A stretch of DNA of 64,000 nt, taken from positions 2,870 through 66,869 of the forward strand of contig JAICNB010000007.1 of NCBI GenBank assembly GCA_025928935.1, read 5' to 3'. How positions within the stretch are numbered: position 1 is the stretch's first letter; each line of letters starts with the position of its first letter. Below the pieces are notes generated by a model, which was not told the DNA's origin, made no database searches, and worked only from the letters and a program-made list of their open reading frames with translations. The position numbers were made by a program, and so were the translations under genes. Of this stretch, positions 1-7,806 are shown one piece after another. This DNA comes from Acidimicrobiia bacterium (GTDB taxonomy: Bacteria; Actinomycetota; Acidimicrobiia; Spongiisociales; ZC4RG35).

Positions 1-842
1 TCACGACGCCCAACGACTCACACAAGAGTGTGATCCTCGAGTGCCTCGACGCCGGCAAGGCGGTCTACACCGACAAACCCATCGCCCACACCATGGAAGA
101 CGCCGGCGAGATCGCTCGAGCTGCGGCCGCCTCAGGCCGACCGTTCGCGGTCGGCCACAGCGCGAGACGGCTCGGCGGACATCGCGCCATGAAGCAGTGG
201 ATCGACACCGGGAAGATCGGCCGTGTGTCGCTGGCCGAGGCCAACTTCTCCAACGAGCGGGGGCTCGAGCTCACCACCGACACATGGCGATGGTTCGCCG
301 ACAAGAGCCCTGGTGGGGCCCTGATCCAGCTCGGGGTCCATCATGCGGACAACCTGCAGTACCTGCTGGGCCCGGCGGCTGCAGTGTCCAGCCATGCCAG
401 GCGGCTCTACACCAAGTCTGAGGTCCCGGACGCGATCATGTCGATCCTCGAGTTCGATTCAGGGCCACTGGGGTACCTCGGCACCGGCTGGGCCTCACCG
501 GGCGTCTACCAACTTCGGCTCCAGGGCACCGAGGCCAATCTCTTCTACGACCTCGACTTCAACAACTGGGACGACTCCCACCTCGCCGACTCCAAGAGCA
601 CCCTGGTGAGCCAGGCCTACCGGGAGTCGGTCCGTCCCCCGGTCGACATGCCCCATACCGATATGTTCCGCGAGCAGTTGGACGAGTTCGCCCTTGCCAT
701 CAGGGGTGAGGCCGAGATCGAGGTCGGGGCCCTGGAGGCCATCCGGGCCCTGGCGGTGGTCCACGCAGCCCTCGAGTCGTCACAGCGAAACGGTGAGTCG
801 GTCGAGGTCGGGCCGATGGTGGAGAGAGCGGGGGCACTCTGA
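1..842 (+). CDS. Gfo/Idh/MocA family oxidoreductase, C-terminal portion (5' end lies upstream of window)
   Basis: The frame is open from base 3. TTPNDSHKSVILECLDAGKAVYTDKPIA matches the end of the NAD-binding domain (E-K-P-like motif) of this family, followed by the alpha/beta C-terminal domain. Stop TGA 840-842 shares one base with the next ATG. Confidence 0.8.
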   Translation, partial: TTPNDSHKSVILECLDAGKAVYTDKPIAHTMEDAGEIARAAAASGRPFAVGHSARRLGGHRAMKQWIDTGKIGRVSLAEANFSNERGLELTTDTWRWFADKSPGGALIQLGVHHADNLQYLLGPAAAVSSHARRLYTKSEVPDAIMSILEFDSGPLGYLGTGWASPGVYQLRLQGTEANLFYDLDFNNWDDSHLADSKSTLVSQAYRESVRPPVDMPHTDMFREQLDEFALAIRGEAEIEVGALEAIRALAVVHAALESSQRNGESVEVGPMVERAGAL

Positions 843-1945
843 TGAGAGTCGACCCCGCACTCACCCGGACACTGCATCATCCCGACCCCGTGGTCCAAGA
901 GGTTCTCGACATCTGGGCGGCCCGCTTCCTCCACAGCGGGATCCCGCTTGGAGACCTGACCGGGACGGTGGAGCGCGTTCGAACCTGGTCCGACTGGGGC
1001 CCTGAGTGGATGGCGACGGCCCAAGCCCACGAGGAGATGGGTGAGCAGGCGTTGGAGGACGGGCGGCACATCTCGGCCGTCGGATCGTTCATCAATGCCT
1101 CCAAGTCGTATCACCTGTCCTATTTCCTCTCGGTGGACGACGACGAGGCCCATCTACATGGCCTGGGAAAGATGGTCGAGACCCATGACAGGGTCCTCCC
1201 CCACATGGAGCCCAGAGTGGAGAAGATCCCGATCCCATTCCCCGAGGCTGACCTGGTCGGTCTTCTCAGCGTCCCGGCCGGTAACGAGCCGGTGCCGGTT
1301 GTGTTCTTCCTGCCCGGTCTCGATTCGACCAAGGAGCAGCGTCATGGCGGGCGGGGCGCCCTGCTCCGGCGGGACATGGCCGTGCTCAGCCTCGATGGGC
1401 CCGGTCAGGGCGAGATCAGCACCCGCCTGCCCATCAGACACGACTACGAGGTGGCGGTAGGCGCCGCCATCGACGCTCTCGAATCACATCCCCGGATCGA
1501 CACCTCCAGGGTGGGCCTGATCGGCGCCAGTCTGGGGGGCTACTACGCCTGCCGGGCGGCCGCCTTCGAGCCTCGGGTGACGGCGGCGGTGGCCAACTGT
1601 GGGCCCTACAACTGGATCGAATGCTGGGACGAGCTGCCCCAGGTCACCAGAGGCGCCTTTCGCAAGTACTCGTGGGCGTCGTCGGACGAGGAGGCCCGGG
1701 AGAAGGCCAAGGCCCTCGACCTGACCGGTGTGGCCGACAAGATCACTCAGCCACTCGTCGTCGTCCACGGCATGCTCGACCCCCTCATCGGCGTCGACCA
1801 CGCCCGCCGGATCGCCGACGAGGCGCCCAACGCCACCCTGGTGACCGTCGACGACGCCACCCATGGTGTCAGCAATCTGTCGTACAGGGTCGAGCCGATG
1901 GTCAACGACTGGATGGCGGGCCAGCTCGGCGGCACCATCGTCTGA
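842..1945 (+). CDS. alpha/beta hydrolase (FrsA / dihydropseudooxynicotine-hydrolase-like)
   Basis: 367-aa ORF. It has the GxSxG nucleophile elbow GASLGG, then HGMLDP and ATHG in Ser-Asp-His order. TGATG junction with the upstream gene. Confidence 0.75.
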   Translation: MRVDPALTRTLHHPDPVVQEVLDIWAARFLHSGIPLGDLTGTVERVRTWSDWGPEWMATAQAHEEMGEQALEDGRHISAVGSFINASKSYHLSYFLSVDDDEAHLHGLGKMVETHDRVLPHMEPRVEKIPIPFPEADLVGLLSVPAGNEPVPVVFFLPGLDSTKEQRHGGRGALLRRDMAVLSLDGPGQGEISTRLPIRHDYEVAVGAAIDALESHPRIDTSRVGLIGASLGGYYACRAAAFEPRVTAAVANCGPYNWIECWDELPQVTRGAFRKYSWASSDEEAREKAKALDLTGVADKITQPLVVVHGMLDPLIGVDHARRIADEAPNATLVTVDDATHGVSNLSYRVEPMVNDWMAGQLGGTIV

Positions 1946-1956
1946 CGGGGCGGGAT

Positions 1957-2084
1957 CATCTCGATTGCGCTGCAATCCGTGTGCCCAGAGGCGACGCGGT
2001 GCAGCGGAGACGACTAAAGCCGCCGACCATCTCGATTGCGCTGCAATCCGTGTGCCCAGACGCGACGCGGTGCAGCGGAGACGA
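1957..2084. repeat. tandem pair of 57-bp hairpin-forming intergenic repeats (71-bp period)
   Basis: CATCTCGATTGCGCTGCAATCCGTGTGCCCAGAGGCGACGCGGTGCAGCGGAGACGA at 1957-2013 recurs at 2028-2084 with one mismatch. Each unit carries an imperfect inverted repeat (CGCTGCA...TGCAGCG). The pair fills the gap between convergent genes. Confidence 0.85.
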
Positions 2085-2101
2085 GCTGCGGACGATCGGG
2101 A

Positions 2102-3376
2102 TCAGACCACGATCAGCTCGTGGGGGAACCGGGTGACCTGTTCCTTCCCTCCATCCGTGAGCACAAAGGTCCGACCGAAGAAGATCCCGAACAGGGCGTC
2201 AGGGGTGATGATCGTCGGCTCGAGCATGGCGACGATTCCGGGCACGAGGTCCAGCTCATCCTCACCGGCGACCACGTGGTCCCACATGACGTGAGGCGGG
2301 TGACTGACGAAGTCGATGCAGTGAAGGAACAGGGGACGAGAGTCATAGCCCTTGTCCCTGAAGAAGACACTGGCCTTCATCACGTCTTCCCAGGTGTTGC
2401 CGCCGACCAGTTGCTCGGCCATCAGGTCGAACCCGGGGAGCACCACCTCGTCGAAGAAGTCCCGGATCCAGGACGGCGGCTCACCGATGCAGATCGGTGT
2501 GCCCAGCTGTACCGAGTACCCGTTGTACCCGCAGGCGAGCTCGTTGATGATGATGTCGCCCTCCTGCAGCGGTCGGCTCGAGGGCCAGGGGTTCCCGAAG
2601 ATCATGGCGGGGTTGTCCATCGGGGTGGCCCCGAGGATGGTGAAGTCCATCTGGCCGCCCCCGTCCATCACCGCGTGCGTCGCCGCCGCTGCCAGCTGGT
2701 ACTCGGTGACTCCCGGGCGGGCCGCGGCGACCATGGCGTGGAAGGCCTGGTCCATGAGCTTGCCGGCCTTGCGCACGGCCTCGATCTCCTCGTCGCTCTT
2801 CACGTGGACCAGCTCGTGGAAGAAATCACCGACCCGCTCCAGGGTGGCTTGGGGCAGCCCTTCCCTCAGCCGCTCCCACTCGTCGACCGGCAGGTGGTGG
2901 CCGTACACCGGGTCGACGTTGGAGATCCCGACCGTGCCATTCGCCAGCCCCCATTCCTGGATCAGCTCGACGATCACCTCACCGGAGTGTCCCCATCTGG
3001 AGTGTCGGACGTCATTCAGCGGGGTGACCCGGCGCACCGCCTCCTTGTGGGCTCCTCCCGGGCCGCAGACGAGGACCGGCTCACCTTCGGGCGGCACCAC
3101 CACGTAGGCCGACATGCCGTGCCACTCCCAATGATTGCTCAACCACCGCATGCCGCCGCCCCAGCTCCAATGGTTCGGCCCGCCCGATGCGACGAGGACG
3201 TCGAGCCCGGTGCGTCGCATCTTCTCCTGAGTGGCGTCGAATCGGCGTTGGTACTCCGCGTCGGAGAACCGGTCGTACACCGCGTCGCCATACCAGGGGG
3301 TGTTGGTCACCTTGCCGAAGATCTCGGTGTGGAGCCTTCCCGGCGCCTCTTCGAAGTCGATTTCACCCGGTCTCAT
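2102..3376 (-). CDS. M24 family creatinase/prolidase-like protein (non-canonical metal site)
   Basis: Start chosen at ATG 3376 (MRPGEIDFEE...), which gives an ATGA overlap with the stop of the upstream DapA-like gene. An N-terminal creatinase/prolidase-type domain is followed by the pita-bread block GDIIINELACGYNGYSVQ. The extra N-terminus of the 482-aa ORF is low-complexity and overlaps the neighbouring gene. Confidence 0.8.
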   Translation of the reverse strand: MRPGEIDFEEAPGRLHTEIFGKVTNTPWYGDAVYDRFSDAEYQRRFDATQEKMRRTGLDVLVASGGPNHWSWGGGMRWLSNHWEWHGMSAYVVVPPEGEPVLVCGPGGAHKEAVRRVTPLNDVRHSRWGHSGEVIVELIQEWGLANGTVGISNVDPVYGHHLPVDEWERLREGLPQATLERVGDFFHELVHVKSDEEIEAVRKAGKLMDQAFHAMVAAARPGVTEYQLAAAATHAVMDGGGQMDFTILGATPMDNPAMIFGNPWPSSRPLQEGDIIINELACGYNGYSVQLGTPICIGEPPSWIRDFFDEVVLPGFDLMAEQLVGGNTWEDVMKASVFFRDKGYDSRPLFLHCIDFVSHPPHVMWDHVVAGEDELDLVPGIVAMLEPTIITPDALFGIFFGRTFVLTDGGKEQVTRFPHELIVV

Positions 3377-4356
3377 GCGGACACCGAGTCGAGAAGACCG
3401 AGGGCGTCCAGGTCGGCGGCGAGGGCATCCATCCTCTCCGCAGCGATCGGGATCAGAGGGGGCCGGACCTGGCCCTGGGGAAGACCCATGAGGGACAACC
3501 ATGCCTTCAGCTCGGCTATCGGTATCGCTCCCTCTCCCCGTGCCAGCCACTGGTCGCGCATCCAGCGCTCGAAGGCACGCCGCTCCTCACCGAGGGTCGA
3601 CTGGAGCTCCCAAGCCCCTTCGAGATCTCCTTCGTCTGCCAAACGGGTGTAGTCGTGGATCGGGCGATGCCGGGGTGTCTGGTACATGGCCAGGGCGGGT
3701 GTCGACATCAGGGATGGGAAGCCATGGTCGAGATGGAGACCCAGCCAGTCCTCCTCGCTGGCGTCACACACGACGATGCGCTCGCCAACCCGCCGGTGCA
3801 CTTCCAGGAGATGCTCCATCGGCTTCGGGTTCTTGATCCCGCACACGGTCTCGAGCTCGCTGAGCTCCTCGATGAGGTCCGGGCTGAGGGCGTATCCCGA
3901 ATACGAGGTGTTGAACAGGAAGAACGGCACCGATGACTCGGAAGTGAGCCGTCGATACCAGTCGCGCACGAGGTCATCGGACGGCTTGATCGGGAAGTAC
4001 GGGTTGATGGCCACCACGAAATCGGCGCCGATCTCCTCGGCGTGGCGGCTGAGCGCCGCCGCCTCGGTGTAGACGTGATGGCCGACATGGGTCATGACCG
4101 GGATCCGGCCCGCGGCCGTGCCGACCACGAGCTCATGACAGCGAGCCCTCTCCTCGAGCGTCATCGACCAGAACTCGCCCATGACCCCGCCGCAGAAGAT
4201 GCCGTCCACCCCCAGGCCTTCGATGTAGTAGTCGACCGACTTGCGCAGGACGCCCTCGTCGATCTCCCCGGTGGGGGAGAACGGGGTTGGGATGGCGATC
4301 CAGAGCCCCCTCACCTTCTCGAATGCCGTCTCTTTGGCGGGGGTGAGCGAAGCCAT
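3373..4356 (-). CDS. dihydrodipicolinate synthase (DapA/NAL) family lyase
   Basis: 327 aa. The N-terminal pattern GLWIAIPTPF...DGIFCGGVMGEFWSMTLEER is typical of DHDPS-family class I aldolases. A strong SD (GAAGGAGG) precedes ATG 4356. Confidence 0.85.
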   Translation of the reverse strand: MASLTPAKETAFEKVRGLWIAIPTPFSPTGEIDEGVLRKSVDYYIEGLGVDGIFCGGVMGEFWSMTLEERARCHELVVGTAAGRIPVMTHVGHHVYTEAAALSRHAEEIGADFVVAINPYFPIKPSDDLVRDWYRRLTSESSVPFFLFNTSYSGYALSPDLIEELSELETVCGIKNPKPMEHLLEVHRRVGERIVVCDASEEDWLGLHLDHGFPSLMSTPALAMYQTPRHRPIHDYTRLADEGDLEGAWELQSTLGEERRAFERWMRDQWLARGEGAIPIAELKAWLSLMGLPQGQVRPPLIPIAAERMDALAADLDALGLLDSVSA

Positions 4357-4400
4357 GCTGGGGGCCTCCTTCTTGGTCGTCTCAACGTCACGCTACCAGC

Positions 4401-4412
4401 ACACACGTTTGC
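4401..4412. promoter_or_regulatory. candidate LacI-family operator (ACACACGTTTGC, 9/12 to GCAATCGTTTGC)
   Basis: Lies in the 117-bp divergent gap between the two DapA-like genes. One half-site, CGTTTGC, is perfect. Confidence 0.35.
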
Positions 4413-4473
4413 GCAGCCCACGGGGCCCAGAGCTAGCCTGACGCCCCCGTCTCCGAGGAGCTCGCAGGTCACG

Positions 4474-5490
4474 ATGCAGCACGAGTACACCCGAGCAGAG
4501 GCGAAGGGATGGGCGCGGGAGACATTTCGCGGCGCGTGCAACGTCATCATCCCCTCCTACACATCCGACCTGACATCGTTGAACGAGCGCGCCATCCGAC
4601 ACGACGTGCGGCGCAACATCGAGCTCGGGTTCTGGGGTGCCTTGCTCGTCTCGGAGGCTGGGACGAGTCTCGACGAGATGCGCAGGTTCATGGAGATCGC
4701 GGTGGACGAGGCGGCCGGACGTCACCGCTTCCTGCTCCAGGGCGCCTTCGACACCCCGGAGCAGATCATGACGATGGCGGCCGATGCCAGGTCGATGGGA
4801 GTGGACGGGATGTTGCTCGGCCACCCCAACAGCTTCTATCCGACCTCGCCTCAACAGGTCGAGGACTACACCGTGGAGATCTGCGAGGGCACCGACCTCG
4901 CCGTGGTCCTCTTCGTGGTCGAGCACTCGAACCTGAGACGGCTCGATGTCCGCGGCTTTCCTGCAGACGTCCTGGAGCGGTTGACCAAGGTGGACACGCT
5001 CGTCGCAGTGAAGTACGAGGTGGGCCGTCAGCAGACGGTCAACACCTATGAGACCTTCCGTCGTCTCCAGAATGCCGATGTCCTGCTCTCCGATCCCATG
5101 GAGTTCAACGCTCCCATGTGGGTGGACCTATTCGGCATGCAATGGATGGGGACCAGCAACTACGAGTTCTACGGGGCGTACGCTCCGCGCCTCCTCGAGC
5201 TGCTCCACGCCGGCGACACCGAGCGAGCCATGGAGGAGTATTGGCGCATCCAGCCCGCCCGGAATGCCCGCTCGGCGACGATGAGCTCCGGCGGCGCCAA
5301 CCTGGTCCATCGGTACCTGTGGAAGTTCCAGGCCTGGCTCAACGGCTACAACGGCGGGCCGATCCGACAGCCCGCGATGAAGCTCTCGGATGGGCAGATG
5401 AGGACGTCGGCCGAGGGGGCGAGGAAAGCCGGGATCACGTCGGCGGATGAGCCCTTCGCCGACTTCTTCGTCGGTCGCAACCCGGCCTGA
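4474..5490 (+). CDS. dihydrodipicolinate synthase (DapA) family protein, divergent paralogue
   Basis: Start at ATG 4474 (MQHEYTRAEAKGW...), with GAGGAG about 14 nt upstream. It shows a DHDPS-like TIM-barrel pattern (NVIIPSYT...LLVSEAGTSLDEMRRFMEIAV). The upstream part of the 482-aa ORF overlaps the opposite-strand gene. Confidence 0.75.
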   Translation: MQHEYTRAEAKGWARETFRGACNVIIPSYTSDLTSLNERAIRHDVRRNIELGFWGALLVSEAGTSLDEMRRFMEIAVDEAAGRHRFLLQGAFDTPEQIMTMAADARSMGVDGMLLGHPNSFYPTSPQQVEDYTVEICEGTDLAVVLFVVEHSNLRRLDVRGFPADVLERLTKVDTLVAVKYEVGRQQTVNTYETFRRLQNADVLLSDPMEFNAPMWVDLFGMQWMGTSNYEFYGAYAPRLLELLHAGDTERAMEEYWRIQPARNARSATMSSGGANLVHRYLWKFQAWLNGYNGGPIRQPAMKLSDGQMRTSAEGARKAGITSADEPFADFFVGRNPA

Positions 5491-5495
5491 GCGCA

Positions 5496-6497
5496 GTGAG
5501 GATCCTCGACGCGGCGACGGTGAACCGTCTCCTCGATGATGCCGCGGTGCTCGGCTCGATCCGGGAGCTGTTCACGATCCAGGCTGGGGACGGGGCGGTC
5601 GGGTACGGTCGGATCGACATGAGCCATCCCCGGGGATGGCTCCGCTCCTTGCCCGGGTACATCGTCCCCAAGGACGTGCTCGGCTTCAAGGTGCTCAACA
5701 TGACCAGGGCCGTGGGCATGCGATACACCATCTATGTCCACCGTCTGAGCACGGGTGAGCTCATCGGGATCGTTGATGGTCTCGAAGTGACCAACCTGCG
5801 CACTGGCGCCGTCTCTGCCGTTGCCACCGACCACCTCGCCATCAGGGACGTGGAGGTGGCTGCGATCGTGGGAACGGGCCCGGTGGCGCGGGGGCAACTC
5901 CAGGCGCTCGAGCTGGTCCGGCCCGCGGCCGAGACGCGTGTGTACGCCCGTACGCCGGAGAACCGAACCGCATTCGTGACCGAGATGGGAGGGCTCACAT
6001 CGGGACGACTCGTCTCCTCGGCGTCGTTGGACGAGGCGATCGATGGAGCCACGATGGTGACTCTGGCCAGCAAGGCCACGTCCCCGCTCCTGTTCGCCGG
6101 GCACCTCCGACCCGGCATGCACGTGAACTCGGTGGGCCCGGCCAGCCTCGATCGAATGGAGGTAGACCCCGGCGCCTTCGATTCCTTCGTCAGAGTGGTG
6201 TGTGACTCAGTCGATCTGGTGTTCGATGAGGCAGGAGACGCCCATCAGGCCGTCGCGGCCCATGGCTGGGATCAGGGCAGGGCGTCCGAATTGAGCGACG
6301 TCGTCACAGGCAAGGCGAACGGTCGCCTGGACGACGAGGAGATCACCCTCTTCAAGTCGGTCGGCACCGGCGTCCAGGATCTCATCGTGGCGTCACATCT
6401 CCTCGAGCTGGCTGAGGCGGTGGGGATCGGAGAGGTCGTGACGGACGTGAACGCGGTGAAGCCCAGCGGTTCGCCGCTTCCTTTCAGCCGGCCCTGA
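5496..6497 (+). CDS. ornithine cyclodeaminase / mu-crystallin family protein
   Basis: 333 aa with a GTG start. It has the Rossmann motif AIVGTGPVARGQL and the overall OCD-family layout. Confidence 0.85.
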   Translation: MRILDAATVNRLLDDAAVLGSIRELFTIQAGDGAVGYGRIDMSHPRGWLRSLPGYIVPKDVLGFKVLNMTRAVGMRYTIYVHRLSTGELIGIVDGLEVTNLRTGAVSAVATDHLAIRDVEVAAIVGTGPVARGQLQALELVRPAAETRVYARTPENRTAFVTEMGGLTSGRLVSSASLDEAIDGATMVTLASKATSPLLFAGHLRPGMHVNSVGPASLDRMEVDPGAFDSFVRVVCDSVDLVFDEAGDAHQAVAAHGWDQGRASELSDVVTGKANGRLDDEEITLFKSVGTGVQDLIVASHLLELAEAVGIGEVVTDVNAVKPSGSPLPFSRP

Positions 6498-7653
6498 TCA
6501 GCTCCATCGGGAACGAGTGGAGGGAGCGGGCGCCCTCATCGGTGACCACGCAGAGCTCACCTACCTGGACTCCGACCGTCTCGTCCGTCGTGATCACGTT
6601 CGGCTGGATCACGATCGTCTCACCGGCCTCGAAGACCCAGTCGTCGTCCACCCCGTGGGTGGTGGCGCGGGTTCGGATCGAAGGTGGGAGCAGCCCGATG
6701 CCAAAGCCGTGCACCAGGCCATCCCTGATGCTGAACCCGCTCTCGGCGATGGAGTCCGATGCATTCCAGACATCCTCGATGGTGGAGCCGGGGCGGATCG
6801 CCGCAGCCACCCGGTGGTACACGTCGAGGGCCACGTCGTGTAGCTCGGCGATCTGTGGGGTTGGCGCGGCCGAGACTGTGAAGGTGCGGAGGCCCTGACC
6901 GGCGTAGCCGGCGTAGGAGATGCTGATCTCACACGAGACCACGTCACCGGCCGCGATCTCCCGGTTGGAGAGGACCTGGGCCGGCACGGAGCGGGTGGGG
7001 GCGCTCATCGGGGTGGAGGCCAGGTAGTAGAAGCCGGTCAGCCCGCCGTCACCCAGATACGCAGCCTCGATCGATTCGGCCAATAGCGACTCCTTGATCC
7101 CCGGAACGAGGGCATCCCTCAGCCCGGCCAGGGCGGCGTCGGTGAACGCTGCCCCCCTTTCCAGCCACTCCAGCTCCTCGGGGCTCTTCCTGAGCCTGAT
7201 CCGCCGAAAGAGCGGGGTCACGTCCTGGAAGGCGACCGCGTCGCCGACGGCGCTGCGCATGGAGTCGTGATGTTGGTAAGGCATCCAGCCGACCACTCCG
7301 ACCCTTGACAGCCGACGTCCGAGCAACTCCTCACCGATCGTCTGCCCGTTGTCGACCCCTCCCCAGCGCACGTCGTCGAGGAACGAGACGTCGGCAGCGT
7401 TCGGCACGTGGTTGTAGCTCTGGGCGAAGAGGGTGGGCTCGCCGTCGCGTGAGAAGACGACGTAGTTGTCACGCATCCCCATGTACCCGGACAGGTAGTA
7501 GACGTCCGCCTGAGCCGCACGGTTCTGGGCCGACCACCCGAACACGACCAGGCCATCCAGTTCGTGGTCGTCGAGGAAGGACCGGACCAGATCGTGCCGC
7601 CGCCGCAGTTCCTGGTCACTGAAGGTGGGGTACAGGGTCTCGATCGCGTCCAT
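6484..7653 (-). CDS. M24 family creatinase/Xaa-Pro peptidase-like protein (non-canonical metal site)
   Basis: Start at ATG 7653 (MDAIETLYPTF...). An N-terminal creatinase/prolidase domain is followed by the block GDVVSCEISISYAGYAGQGLRTF and then VHGFGIG. The rest of the 898-aa ORF is antisense to the SBP gene. Confidence 0.85.
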   Translation of the reverse strand: MDAIETLYPTFSDQELRRRHDLVRSFLDDHELDGLVVFGWSAQNRAAQADVYYLSGYMGMRDNYVVFSRDGEPTLFAQSYNHVPNAADVSFLDDVRWGGVDNGQTIGEELLGRRLSRVGVVGWMPYQHHDSMRSAVGDAVAFQDVTPLFRRIRLRKSPEELEWLERGAAFTDAALAGLRDALVPGIKESLLAESIEAAYLGDGGLTGFYYLASTPMSAPTRSVPAQVLSNREIAAGDVVSCEISISYAGYAGQGLRTFTVSAAPTPQIAELHDVALDVYHRVAAAIRPGSTIEDVWNASDSIAESGFSIRDGLVHGFGIGLLPPSIRTRATTHGVDDDWVFEAGETIVIQPNVITTDETVGVQVGELCVVTDEGARSLHSFPMELIRAG

Positions 7654-7719
7654 CACAGATACCTCGGTCAGATGATGGCGGGGGACCATACCGGCGGGGG
7701 GCCGGGCCGTTCTGAACGG

Positions 7720-7731
7720 CCAATCGGTTGA
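7720..7731. promoter_or_regulatory. candidate second LacI-type operator (CCAATCGGTTGA, 9/12)
   Basis: Lies in the divergent M24/SBP gap and overlaps the putative -35 TTGACA. Confidence 0.3.
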
Positions 7732-7757
7732 CAGTCGCCCACGCCGTGGTTTAGCGT
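7728..7757 (+). promoter_or_regulatory. putative sigma-70-type promoter of the ABC importer operon
   Basis: Perfect TTGACA at 7728-7733, an 18-nt spacer, then TAGCGT (TANNNT) at 7752-7757, about 50 nt upstream of ATG 7807. Confidence 0.35.
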
Positions 7758-7769
7758 GCAAACGATTGG
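7758..7769. promoter_or_regulatory. candidate LacI-family operator (GCAAACGATTGG, 11/12)
   Basis: Sits immediately downstream of the putative -10, 38 nt upstream of the SBP start codon. Confidence 0.5.
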
Positions 7770-7806
7770 GCTGGCCATGGCGTTTAGCCCTGCATGAGGA
7801 GGAATC

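Noticed and set aside
1957-2084. The tandem 57-bp repeats as a possible mini-CRISPR array.
   Set aside because: There are only two units, the spacer is 14 bp, the repeats are too long, and no cas genes are present. A hairpin, terminator or REP-like interpretation fits better.
2036-3652. 538-aa plus-strand ORF.
   Set aside because: It is antisense to the M24 and DapA-like genes and has no motifs. This is a shadow ORF.
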